DNA of 23,913 bases, from assembly GCA_031362565.1 (NCBI GenBank), contig JANLSU010000086.1, positions 1 through 23,913 of the forward strand, given 5' to 3'. This document shows, in pieces, positions 7,005-16,600 of this stretch (the stretch's first letter is position 1; each line of letters starts with the position of its first letter). A program made the translations under genes and the position numbers. Source of the DNA: a bacterium (GTDB taxonomy: Bacteria; Krumholzibacteriota; Krumholzibacteriia; G020349025). A model generated the notes under the pieces. That model was not told where the DNA came from and did not search any database. It saw only the letters and a list, made by a program, of their open reading frames with translations.

Positions 7005-8054
7005 CTACCGATAACGCGACTTGATCATGCTCCAGGTGGCTGATTCGACGTTGACCAGGCACGACGCGCCGCCCGCCACGCAGGGATCGTTGAACGCCCC
7101 GAGAACGCCGCACGAATCCGGCTGCCGCAGGCTGCAAAGCGGCGAATTCCGCTGCAAATGGAAGTTGCCGGCCGCAACGTTCTGGAAACACGGATCGATC
7201 GAGACATCGCCACTGCCACGGCCCGGGAAGCACGCATCCCCCGGATTGGCACCCAAGTAGTTGCCAAGCGTATTCGCGTAGACATCGTTGCAGCCGAGCG
7301 TGAAACACACGGTGTTGTCCGTGCGGACGATGCCGGCGCCATTATTGTTGGTGATGATGTTGTTGTACATCCGCACCCGCGCCAACTGGTTGGCACTCAA
7401 GCCGTCGCCGGTGTTGTTGGTAATGGTGCAGTTCCGGAACGTTACCCGCGCGCCCTTCAGCACGTAGGCGCCGGAGCCCGAGTTGTTGACGATGACGGTG
7501 TTCTGGACGTCGGCGTAGCTGTGGCCGTTGTCACCATCGCCGAGCTCGAACACGACGGCACTGCCCTCGTTGTTGGCAATCAAACAGTCCTTCACCAGCG
7601 GCTCACAGAACACGTAGGCATTGATGCCGCCGCCGGCGCGCGCCTGGTTGCCGATGAGCCGGCAGCGCTGAATCGTCGGGCTGGCGGAGGAGTTCAGGTA
7701 GATCGCGGCGCCGACACTGTCCGGACCGGACTGCGCACCGCCGGTGATCGTCAGGTCCTCGATGATGCAGTTGCGGCCCACGCCGTTCACCGTGATGACA
7801 TTGCCGAGCATCTGGCCGTCGATCGTCGTGGCCTCGGCGCCGCTGCGGCCGCGGAGCACCACGGCCTTGAGCTGAATCGACAAGCGCTCGTTGTAGGTTC
7901 CCGGCGCGATCAGAATCGTGTCCACCTGGGATACCGAGGCGAGATTGATCGCGGACTGAATGCGCCCTTCCTGCTCCGGAACGTGAAAGGTAAAGGCCGG
8001 GCTCACAGCCGGCCACGCAAGCAGCAGGCAGAGCACGACGATCCGTCGCGACAT
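7005..8054 (-). CDS. Secreted right-handed parallel beta-helix (pectin-lyase fold) protein, 349 aa
   Basis: RBS GAGGAGG before ATG 8054. Signal peptide MSRRIVVLCLLLAWPAVSPA. Motifs IQSAI...APGTYNE...TTIDG, Asn-ladder repeats (NCTITNN, NNIITNN), DPCF...NFHLQRNSPL. Ends ESATWSMIKSRYR. Confidence 0.88.
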   Translation of the reverse strand: MSRRIVVLCLLLAWPAVSPAFTFHVPEQEGRIQSAINLASVSQVDTILIAPGTYNERLSIQLKAVVLRGRSGAEATTIDGQMLGNVITVNGVGRNCIIEDLTITGGAQSGPDSVGAAIYLNSSASPTIQRCRLIGNQARAGGGINAYVFCEPLVKDCLIANNEGSAVVFELGDGDNGHSYADVQNTVIVNNSGSGAYVLKGARVTFRNCTITNNTGDGLSANQLARVRMYNNIITNNNGAGIVRTDNTVCFTLGCNDVYANTLGNYLGANPGDACFPGRGSGDVSIDPCFQNVAAGNFHLQRNSPLCSLRQPDSCGVLGAFNDPCVAGGASCLVNVESATWSMIKSRYR

Positions 8055-8124
8055 GGGATGGCCTCCTCGAGAGCGGCTATGGCGAGGTGCCAGCGGCGCT
8101 GGTCCGGTGAATATAGAAGGCGGA

Positions 8125-8150
8125 GCGGCGGCCCGCAACCCAGCCGCCGC
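8125..8150 (-). terminator. Possible stem-loop after moeA
   Basis: 8-bp stem GCGGCGGC/GCCGCCGC immediately after the moeA stop, followed on the minus strand by TCCGCCTTCTATATT (no clean U-tract). Confidence 0.3.
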
Positions 8151-8154
8151 CCGG

Positions 8155-9369
8155 TCACGGGACGAGGGGCCAGACCGGCACGAAGTCGCCGGGCGCCAGA
8201 TGATCGATTTCGGGCCGCAGGACGATCTGGCAATTGGCGCCGGCGTACGCCAAGAGATCGCCCGACCCCGCGTACTGCACGCGGTCGACGCCGCTCGGAG
8301 ATTGGCGCCCTGGGAGCAAGAGCCACTTGGAATGGCGGCGCTGCCACGCGAAGCCGGCGCGCGCCGACTGGAATTCCGGAACCGCTGCCGTCTCGCCCTC
8401 GAGAAGGCGCATGGCGAGCGCCGCGAACAACCGGAAGGTCGTCAGCGCTGAAACCGGGTTCCCCGGCAGTCCGAAGACGATGCCGCGTTCGTGCACGCCG
8501 CACACCGTCGGCTGCCCGGGCTGCAACAGCACGCGTTGAAAGAGAAAGCGCACCCCGGCCGCGGCGAGCGCCTGGGTGACGAAATCATACGCCCCCATCG
8601 ACACGCCGCCCGTCACCAGCAACACGTCGTGTTCGAGACCGCGCTCGAGGGGCGCCTGCAACGCCGCCGGCGTATCGCGCGCCGCGCCGAGCTGGGTCAC
8701 GCTCGCGCCCCATGCCGCCGCGAGCGCTTCGAGCATCGGGCCGTTGGAATTGCGGATGTGAGCCGGTCCCGGCGCGGATTCGTGCGGCACGAGTTCGTTG
8801 CCCGTCGACAGCACCGCGACCCGGGCCCGGCGTCCGACCCGCACCGTCGAGGCACCCAGCATGGCCAGCCCGCCGAGATCCGGGGGCCGCAAGCGAGTGC
8901 CGGCCGTGAAGGCACGGTCACCGGCGCGTGCCTCAGAGCCGCGCGGTGCGATATTGGCGCCGGCTGCGACCGGCGCATACAGATCGACGCGATCAGCGGC
9001 GAAGCCCGACGAGTCCTCGACCCGGAGCACGGCGTCGGCGCCCGGTGGCACCGGAGCACCGGTCATGATCCGCACGACCTCGCCCGCCGCCAGCGTGCCG
9101 CGGAACGGGTCGCCGGGAGTCGACTCCCCTACCACCCGGCGCGTGCACGGCGTGTCGCGACGTGCCGACTCGATTTCGGCGGCCCGCACCGCGAACCCAT
9201 CCATGGCGGCGCGATCGAATGCCGGCATGTCGCGGTCGACCGCCCAGTCTTGACGGAGAACGCGCCCGCTCGCGGCTCGCAGCGCGACGCTTTCGTCGCC
9301 GAGCGGCTGGACGGCGTCGGCAATGCGGCGCCAGGCCTCGCGTACATCGATGGGTTCGATCACGTTCAC
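8155..9369 (-). CDS. moeA: Molybdopterin molybdotransferase (gephyrin-like)
   Basis: DMPAFDRAAMDGFAV, RIMTGAPVPPGADAV, STGNEL, IRNSNG, TGGVSMG, FGLPGNPVSA. GTG start overlaps the upstream stop. Confidence 0.95.
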   Translation of the reverse strand: MNVIEPIDVREAWRRIADAVQPLGDESVALRAASGRVLRQDWAVDRDMPAFDRAAMDGFAVRAAEIESARRDTPCTRRVVGESTPGDPFRGTLAAGEVVRIMTGAPVPPGADAVLRVEDSSGFAADRVDLYAPVAAGANIAPRGSEARAGDRAFTAGTRLRPPDLGGLAMLGASTVRVGRRARVAVLSTGNELVPHESAPGPAHIRNSNGPMLEALAAAWGASVTQLGAARDTPAALQAPLERGLEHDVLLVTGGVSMGAYDFVTQALAAAGVRFLFQRVLLQPGQPTVCGVHERGIVFGLPGNPVSALTTFRLFAALAMRLLEGETAAVPEFQSARAGFAWQRRHSKWLLLPGRQSPSGVDRVQYAGSGDLLAYAGANCQIVLRPEIDHLAPGDFVPVWPLVP

Positions 9370-10862
9370 TCCTCGGACAACGCCACGAAACGCAGCCGGG
9401 CGCGGGCCCGGTACAAGTCGAGCAGAGCCTCCGCGCTCCCGAGCCGCGCCGTCGCCGCATCCACCTGCCCCGCCAGATAGCGCTGCGTATCGATGAGCCC
9501 GCGTTCGTAGCGTTCGCCATCGATGCGCTGCAATTCATCCGCCAGGCGGCTCGCCGCGGCCAGAACCGCATGGCGGCGCGCCGCATCCTGCATTTGCCGC
9601 ACTGCATCCCGCACCTCGAGCTCGAGGCGCGAACTCGCGTCCGCCGCATCGAGCCGGCGCAGCGCAATTTCGGTGGCGTCGGCACCGTCGGTGCGCGACG
9701 CCCGCCCGCCGTCCCACAACGGCACATGGAGCGTGACGAGAGCCGACATGGCGTTGGCCGACAAGCCGTCGAGCGCGCGGTCGAGCTCAGATTCGTTGGC
9801 GCCGCCGCCGTAGCGCAACGCCAGATCGACGGTCGGCACGCGCGGCCGGTGGGCCAATCGATCGCGTTCTAGTAGCGCGACCTCCGCCTCCACGAGTCCG
9901 ACGTCATCGCGTTCGCGCCGCGCCCGTTCGAGCCACGGTGCGGCGGAATCCGGCGCCGCGAACGGTTCCAAGATTTCCACGAGACGCAAAGAGTCGGCCA
10001 GCGGCAACCCGAGAAACACCTTGAATTCATCTTCCGAGCGCGCCAACTGGGACTGCTGTTCGGCAAGACGTGCGTCACGTTCGGCGCGATACACCTCGGT
10101 CTTGAGCCGCTCGACGTCGGGCAAAAGCCCAGCCGTGACCTTGCGCCGCGTCACCTCGTAGGACTGCGCGGCCGCCGTGGCGGCCGCTTGGACGATTTCG
10201 AGCGCCATGCGTGCATGCAGCAGATCCAGATAGCGCGCCACCGCGTCGAATTCGAGTTGGGCGTTCGACGTACGTTCGACGCTGCGATTCCGCACCTGTT
10301 CGACGGCGGCGCGATGCAGGCTGCGGCGTTCGGGATCGTCCCCCAAGAGCGGCACGTCCAGCCCGATGGATGTCGCGACTTGGTAGTCGCGGCGTGCGGC
10401 ACGCACCCCGGTCGGCGTCGTGGTCTCGTCCCGATAGACAACCGCCCCGAGCGCCGAGACACTGCCGTGCCAAGGCAACAACTGCCGCGCGCGCACGCTG
10501 CCGGACGCGTTGCGGCTGGTCGTGGTCGTCTTGACGTAGACACTCTGGAGCACCGGTTGACCGGTCGCCGTGTCCGGCTGGGTGCTGGTCTGTAGGCCGA
10601 CACTGAACTCCCGCGAGAGGTCGGGAGCCGCGAGATCGAGCCCGAGGTTCGGCCACACCGCACGGCGTGCCGCGTCATAGCGCAGCGCATCGCGCCGCGC
10701 TTGCAAGCCGATCCGGCGCGCCGCCGGGCTCTGGGCCCGCGTCAAGCGCACGGCATCCTCGAGCGTCAGAACATGGGTCGCCCCGGTGGCTGAATGAGCC
10801 GCGAGTGCGACCAGGCACCCGATGATGCAACGCGACCGCACGCCTCGCCGCCGATCACTCAT
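9366..10862 (-). CDS. TolC-family outer membrane efflux protein
   Basis: Signal peptide, LTLEDAVRL, WPNLGL, RYLDLL, LHVPLWDGG, RYERGLI, DLYRARARL. Start overlaps the permease stop (ATGAGTGA). Confidence 0.85.
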   Translation of the reverse strand: MSDRRRGVRSRCIIGCLVALAAHSATGATHVLTLEDAVRLTRAQSPAARRIGLQARRDALRYDAARRAVWPNLGLDLAAPDLSREFSVGLQTSTQPDTATGQPVLQSVYVKTTTTSRNASGSVRARQLLPWHGSVSALGAVVYRDETTTPTGVRAARRDYQVATSIGLDVPLLGDDPERRSLHRAAVEQVRNRSVERTSNAQLEFDAVARYLDLLHARMALEIVQAAATAAAQSYEVTRRKVTAGLLPDVERLKTEVYRAERDARLAEQQSQLARSEDEFKVFLGLPLADSLRLVEILEPFAAPDSAAPWLERARRERDDVGLVEAEVALLERDRLAHRPRVPTVDLALRYGGGANESELDRALDGLSANAMSALVTLHVPLWDGGRASRTDGADATEIALRRLDAADASSRLELEVRDAVRQMQDAARRHAVLAAASRLADELQRIDGERYERGLIDTQRYLAGQVDAATARLGSAEALLDLYRARARLRFVALSEE

Positions 10863-12060
10863 GGCGCAGCGCCACGATGGCATCGACGGTCGCGGCCCGG
10901 CGCGCCGGTGCGGAACCCGAGACGAGGCCGGTCGCGAGCGCCGTGCCGGCGGCCAACAGGATGCCGCCGGGCGTCACCAACACGGGCCAGTGTGCGGCAC
11001 GCGCCACGATGAAAGTGCCGGCGACGCCCAGCATGATGCCGGCGATACCGCCGGCAATGCCGATGGCAGCGGCCTCGAAGACGAATTGCGCCACGATATC
11101 CGCCCGGCGTGCCCCCACAGCACGCCGCAAGCCGATTTCACTCGTGCGCTCGACGACGCTCGCAAACAGGATGTTGGCGATGCCGATGCCGCCGACCAGC
11201 AAGCTGATCCCGGCGATGCTGCCCATGACGATTTGGAAGATGCGCTGGGTGCGCTGCGCTTTGCGGATGAGTTCCGACGGGACGATCACGGCGAAATCGT
11301 CTGCACCCGCATGCCGGCGCAGGAGCGCCCGCTCGACGACCGCACCGAAGAGCACGGGATCCGCTCCGGGCGCGAGCTGCAACACGAGGCGCTGCACCGC
11401 GCCGGGATCGTGGCCGCCGGGCGGGAGACTCGCGGCCGTTGCCAGCGGCACGAAGAGCGGCGGCTTGCCGTTCGCAAGCGCCGCGGTGCGCACCACACCC
11501 ACGACTCGCAGCGCCCGGCCGGCGACGCGCACGAATTCGCCGACCGCCGGACGGGCCGGAAACAACGCCAAAGCGATCGGCGTCGACAACACGCAGACCG
11601 CCGCACCGGTGGCAGCATCGAGATCCGACACGAAGCGCCCCGCGGTCATTTCGGTGGCGAGGATTGCGGCGTACGCGGGAGTGACGCCGGTGACGGTCGC
11701 ATCAGCACTCTGGGCGCGCGCCCAAACCTTGTGGTCTGCGACCCGCGCCACGGTCGCCGCTTCGATGTGCGGCGCGAGTTCGATGACGAGGGCCGCCGCA
11801 TCCGCGGCGATCAGCCCGGAAACGGCCGCTCTGCCAACCGCCGGCCGGGCTTCGACGTGCAGATTGTGAATTCCGAGGCGGCGGTATTCGCCAAGCGCCC
11901 GCGTCTCGGCGCCCTTGCCGATGGCGAGCATGCAGATGACGGCACCGACGCCGAAGACGACACCGGAGGTCGTCAGCGCGCTGCGCAAGGGGTGGGCGCG
12001 TAGTGCTTCGGCGCCGATCGCGATGTTGCGTCCGAGTAGCGCGCGGTTCACAGTGGTCAT
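10855..12060 (-). CDS. MacB/FtsX-family ABC transporter permease (no nucleotide-binding domain)
   Basis: LRSALTTSGVVFGVGAVI, periplasmic core, IAGISLLVGGIGIANI, SVVERTSEIGLRRAVGA, PARRAA..D..VALRHE. Confidence 0.93.
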   Translation of the reverse strand: MTTVNRALLGRNIAIGAEALRAHPLRSALTTSGVVFGVGAVICMLAIGKGAETRALGEYRRLGIHNLHVEARPAVGRAAVSGLIAADAAALVIELAPHIEAATVARVADHKVWARAQSADATVTGVTPAYAAILATEMTAGRFVSDLDAATGAAVCVLSTPIALALFPARPAVGEFVRVAGRALRVVGVVRTAALANGKPPLFVPLATAASLPPGGHDPGAVQRLVLQLAPGADPVLFGAVVERALLRRHAGADDFAVIVPSELIRKAQRTQRIFQIVMGSIAGISLLVGGIGIANILFASVVERTSEIGLRRAVGARRADIVAQFVFEAAAIGIAGGIAGIMLGVAGTFIVARAAHWPVLVTPGGILLAAGTALATGLVSGSAPARRAATVDAIVALRHE

Positions 12061-13292
12061 TCCTCGGTCCGGGCAGCGACCGGTTCACGGAGCGCCAACA
12101 GGTCTCCGGGCTGGACACCGGTCTTGAGCACGACGTGAAAATCGTTCGAGCGCCCGGTTGTGACCGCGACCCGTTGCACCCCGCGGGGCCCGCGGCGCCA
12201 AACGTACGCGCCGTTGTTGTCGGTATGCACGGCTTCGATGGGCGCGAACAGGACGTCGTGCAGTTCCTCTGCGTGCACCGTCACGGTCGCCGTCATGCCC
12301 GGGCGCAGTCTCGCATCCGCCCCCTCCAGCAAGACCTCGTAGTCGAAGACCTTGACGCCCTCGGTGTCGGGCATCTCGCGGCCGAGAACATTGACCCGGC
12401 TCACGGTGCCGTGCAGGAGAGTGTCGGGCAGCGCATCGATCCGCACGTCACACGCCAAACCGGCATGCAATTGATTGACTCGTGATTCGTTGACGAAACT
12501 CGCGACCCGCATTTGCGCCAGATCGGGAAGCTCGATGACGACCCCGCCGTAGTACAACTGGTCACCGATCTTGACCTTGGTGTTGCGGTTCCCCGACCAG
12601 TTCGTCCCGTACACCACCAGCCCGCGCGTCGGCGCCACGAGCGTATGATTGTCCAGAGCTTCGTCTTCTGACGTGAGCTGGCTCTGCAACGTCGAGATCG
12701 CGACTTCCTGCTCGGTGATCTCGGCACTGTCGATACTTTTCTGTGCCGTCAGCTTCGATTCGGATTGTTTGAGATCAAGCTGGGCACGCTGCAATGCAAG
12801 TTGGACTTTCTCCTGCTCGACGCGCGCTTCGTACTGCATGTTGGCGACGCCGATTTCGGCCAGCCGCAAACCGGCGCGGCGATCCTCGATCGCCGCTTCC
12901 ATTTCCGAAAAACGCGCCGTCTGGGTGGCGTGGAGTTTTTGCAGATTGGCGCGGGCGCTGGTGAGACGGCTCCGCAGGTCCTCGACCCGCCGGGTCGCTT
13001 CGCTGGCATCGAAGCGCGCCAGCGTGTCACCGGGTGCGACCGTACTTCCCTCGCCAATCAACCACACAAGTTTGGCAGCGCTCGAGCGCAGCCGCGGCAC
13101 CCCGAATGTCAGCGAGCGAACCGCCTGCAGTTCCCCGGCGGTCGTGAGTTCGATTCGCAAGTCGCCGCGCTGCACCGCCGAAAAAGGCCCGCCGCGATCC
13201 GCTCCCCCCCGCCGGCTGGCGCACAACGCCCCAACCACAATCACCAGCCCACCCGCCACCAGCCCGATCGTGCGCATTCTGGGAACTTGCAT
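12057..13292 (-). CDS. MacA/HlyD-type periplasmic adaptor (membrane fusion protein)
   Basis: N-terminal TM segment, EGSTVAPGDTL lipoyl-like motif, long coiled coil, LVAPTRGLV, LRPGMTA, APIEAV. Start at 13292 (GGAG RBS) or 13277. Confidence 0.9.
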   Translation of the reverse strand: MQVPRMRTIGLVAGGLVIVVGALCASRRGGADRGGPFSAVQRGDLRIELTTAGELQAVRSLTFGVPRLRSSAAKLVWLIGEGSTVAPGDTLARFDASEATRRVEDLRSRLTSARANLQKLHATQTARFSEMEAAIEDRRAGLRLAEIGVANMQYEARVEQEKVQLALQRAQLDLKQSESKLTAQKSIDSAEITEQEVAISTLQSQLTSEDEALDNHTLVAPTRGLVVYGTNWSGNRNTKVKIGDQLYYGGVVIELPDLAQMRVASFVNESRVNQLHAGLACDVRIDALPDTLLHGTVSRVNVLGREMPDTEGVKVFDYEVLLEGADARLRPGMTATVTVHAEELHDVLFAPIEAVHTDNNGAYVWRRGPRGVQRVAVTTGRSNDFHVVLKTGVQPGDLLALREPVAARTEE

Positions 13293-13508
13293 GACACTCC
13301 AACCCAAGACGCCCAAAGCCCATGATACGCGGATTCCCCCCGAGGGTCCGCCCAGAAGGCTCGGGGTGCCCGGGGCAAAGCCGTTGGCGCACAGCGGGTT
13401 GGCGCAAGCTCCAGACGCACGTCACGAGCACCCAGCTTGCAAAATCACGGGGGCGGGAGTGCGTGTCACGGCAACGCGCCCGAGTCATGCCGGGCCCGAA
13501 TGCACCGC

Positions 13509-13666
13509 GGGTTTTCCGGCGTGCGCGCGACGCGTGTGGGAGGGCGAGTCGAGAGGAGCCGAAGGCCCGGAGGGCCGAGAGGCGACGAGCGAGGGAGTGA
13601 GCCGACAGGAGGTCGGCGAACGACCGCGAGCCCACCCACATGCGGCGCGCGCGCGCCGGAAAACCC
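13509..13666. repeat. 158-bp structured element: 37-bp imperfect terminal inverted repeats enclosing two hairpins (MITE/REP-like element or ncRNA)
   Basis: 13509-13545 versus 13630-13666 match at 33/37 positions. Internal GGCCC-GGA-GGGCC (13564-13576) and GCCGAC-AGGAG-GTCGGC (13601-13617). Confidence 0.7.
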
Positions 13667-13681
13667 ACGCAGCAAGACTTC

Positions 13682-16600
13682 TCAGCGCACCAAAATCATC
13701 TTCCGTTGCATCGACGCATCCCCCGTCGTCAGCCGGTAGAAGTACACACCGCTCGCCACCGAACGCCCCGCCTCGTTGTGCCCGTCCCAAGTGGCATCGT
13801 AGTGCCCCGGCAAGAGCCGGCGCGCAACCAACGTTCGCACCCGGGCGCCGCGCACATCGAACACTTGTAATGCAACGAACTGCGCCGCCGTTCCACCGAC
13901 ATCGAAGCGGATGAGCGTCGTGGGATTGAACGGATTCGGAATGTTGGGCTGCAACCCGGTGCGGAACGCCGGCGCCGTGCCGCCGTCACCGACATCGGTC
14001 GGAAGACGGTAGTCCGTCAGGCCATTGCGCAGCAAGTTGCCCTTCAACGTTCCCCACGGGACGCGATGGCGAACGTACAGTCCTGGGAAGTGCCACGCGT
14101 AGACTTGCTGATCCCAGCCGGAGACAATCAGATCGACACGGCCATCGCCATCGGCATCGGTGAGCAACGGCGTCGCACGCACTTCGGCTCCGAGACGCAC
14201 CGGGAAGCCGGGGAAGATGGTGCCGTTCGGATTGAAGGCGTTGAGGATGCCCGACTCGCCACCATAGACGATCTCCATCACGCCGTCGCCGTTCAGGTCC
14301 CCGACCACCGGCGACGACTCCGACGCGCTGTGCACATCCACCGGCCAACCGGGACGGACGTTGCCGTTGGAGTCGAACATGTACAGGCTGCCGGTGCTCA
14401 CATCGCTGCCGGTGCTCGCCGCAACGAGTTCCAGCTTGCCATCGCCGTCGAAATCCGCGAGCGCCACCGACGGGGTGAGCGCCGCCCAGAGATTCGGCAG
14501 CGGCCGCGGCCAACCCGGAGCGTCGGTGCCATCGGGACGGAAGACATAGAGCTGCCCGTTGACGCAGGGCACCACGATCTCGAACGTGCCGTCGTGATCG
14601 ATGTCGCCGATGCTCGGCGAGGCGTCGACCTTGTCGCTCAAGGTCCGCGGCCAACCCGGTGCGACGGTGCCATTGGCCCGCAGCACATAGACTTTGCCGT
14701 TCTCGGTTCCGAAAATGATCTCCGGCGTGGGGTCGGACGGCAAAACGTTGGCGACCGCCGGACCGCCGCGGCTCCAAGTCGGCAAACCGGGGATCGCATA
14801 GAAAACGCCGTTCGTCGCCGGATCCGCATCCCCGTCTCGCACCTCGGTGCCATCCGCGTGCCAGGCGTAAACGCGCCCATCGAGCGCCAGCAGGACGATT
14901 TCGAGACGGCCATCGAGATCCAGGTCGGCAAGAGCGGGCGTCGCCCAAATGCTGTGCGTGGTCGACACGATCGAGTGCGGCCAGCCGGGCCGGACGGTGC
15001 CGTCGGGACCGAAGACATAAACGGTTTTCGTATCGAACGTGCACGCCACGACCTCGTCGCGGCCGTCGCCGTCCAGGTCGCCGACCGCAAGGCCCGGCAT
15101 GAAGTTGGCGGTCGTCGGTGTGTACACACCCTGGGTGGCGGCGTTGCTGTCGCCGTCCCGCACTTCGGTGCCGTTCACATGCCAAGCGTAGAAATGGTCC
15201 GCGGCGCCGGCGACCACTTCCACGTGTCCGTCGCCATCCAGATCGGCGACGGCCGGACTACAGTTGCTCTGCAGTCCCAGAGTTTGCGGCCAGCCGGCGA
15301 GCGCGCCGGGATTCGTCGTCACGCCAAGCGACATCGTGCGGAGGCTCTCGTTGCCGGCCGAGTCGACCGCCGCAACCGAATAGAAATACTGCGTCCCGGG
15401 TTGCAAACCCTCGTCGCGGAAGTAGGTGGAGTTGCGCACCAGGTCGGTGCTCGCCCGCAACCACGGACCATAGTTGTGCGGAGCGCGATATACGACATAG
15501 CCCGCGACGTCGGACGAGACGCTCTTGCCCCAGGTCAGGGTCGTGACTCCGGATCCGTCGCTCGGATCGCCCACCAGTCCCGTCAACGGCTGCGGCCGCC
15601 GTGTTTCGACCGGCAAGCTCCAGGTTCGTGCCTGGGCATCGAGAACCACGAGCAACATGCGGTTGTTCTGCGTGACGTTACTCTCGCGGATACGGAAGGC
15701 CCCAGTGCCGACACCAAGGTGACCGATGCTGCCGAAGGTCGTAGACCCGTTGACGATGGTGACATCCGGGTCGAGTGACAGCAGTTGGCCGGTCGCACCC
15801 GCCAGTTGCGCGAACCCGTAGTTCTTCAACTCGACGCGCAGATCGTACGTTTCATTGGCCTGGGCGACGGCGTCCCCATTGCCGGTTACCGAATCGTCGA
15901 CCCAAATGCGTTGCACCCGTGGGGAAACCTGCAACAGATCGAGGCTGACCCGGTCATTCCACTGGGTCGATTGCACCGTCTTCAGAACGAGATCGATGCC
16001 GACCCGTTGCTGGTCGAAGGCCCCGGCCGCGACATTCACCACGACGGGTCCGGACCAGATGCGCTGGCCCGCCGCCATGGTGCCGACGTTGGCGATGCTG
16101 GTCGAGAGCAGGAGCGCGGGCTCGGTGCAGAACGCTTGCAACGTGACGCCTTCCGCCGGCAATGTCCCGGCGTTCTCGATTTCAAAGCGCACCTGCGCGG
16201 CCTCACCGGCTTCCAGCACGGCGTTGCCGTTGCCCGCCGTACCAACGCCCGAATCGACGACCTGAATCGCGCCGGTCGAATGCAGCACCGCGCCGCCGTA
16301 GGGCGTCACCGTCACCTCGGCGCGGTACGGCCGCACGCCGGCGCCGGTCACCGCAAGGTGCGCGGTACCGGCCACTTCGGCGGTCAGATTGAGCGCCGCG
16401 ACACCGGTCAGTCCGGTGCGCCCGACGACGTAGAAGTCACCCGGTTTCCACAAGCAGACGGTGGCGCCTTGCACCGGGTTCCCGGCCTCGGTGACGGTCA
16501 CCGTGAACGTCCGAACGCCCTGAAAGATGTTCGGCGCGTGCGTCACGGCAATCGTGCGCGGCGTGTTCGTCCACAGCGTCAGTTCCGGGTCGCCCAGGTA

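Noticed and set aside
13293..13681. Protein-coding gene (a missing ATPase) or CRISPR array in the macA-C25 intergenic region
   Set aside because: ORFs are Arg/Pro-rich with no Walker motifs. The repeats are inverted, not spaced direct repeats.
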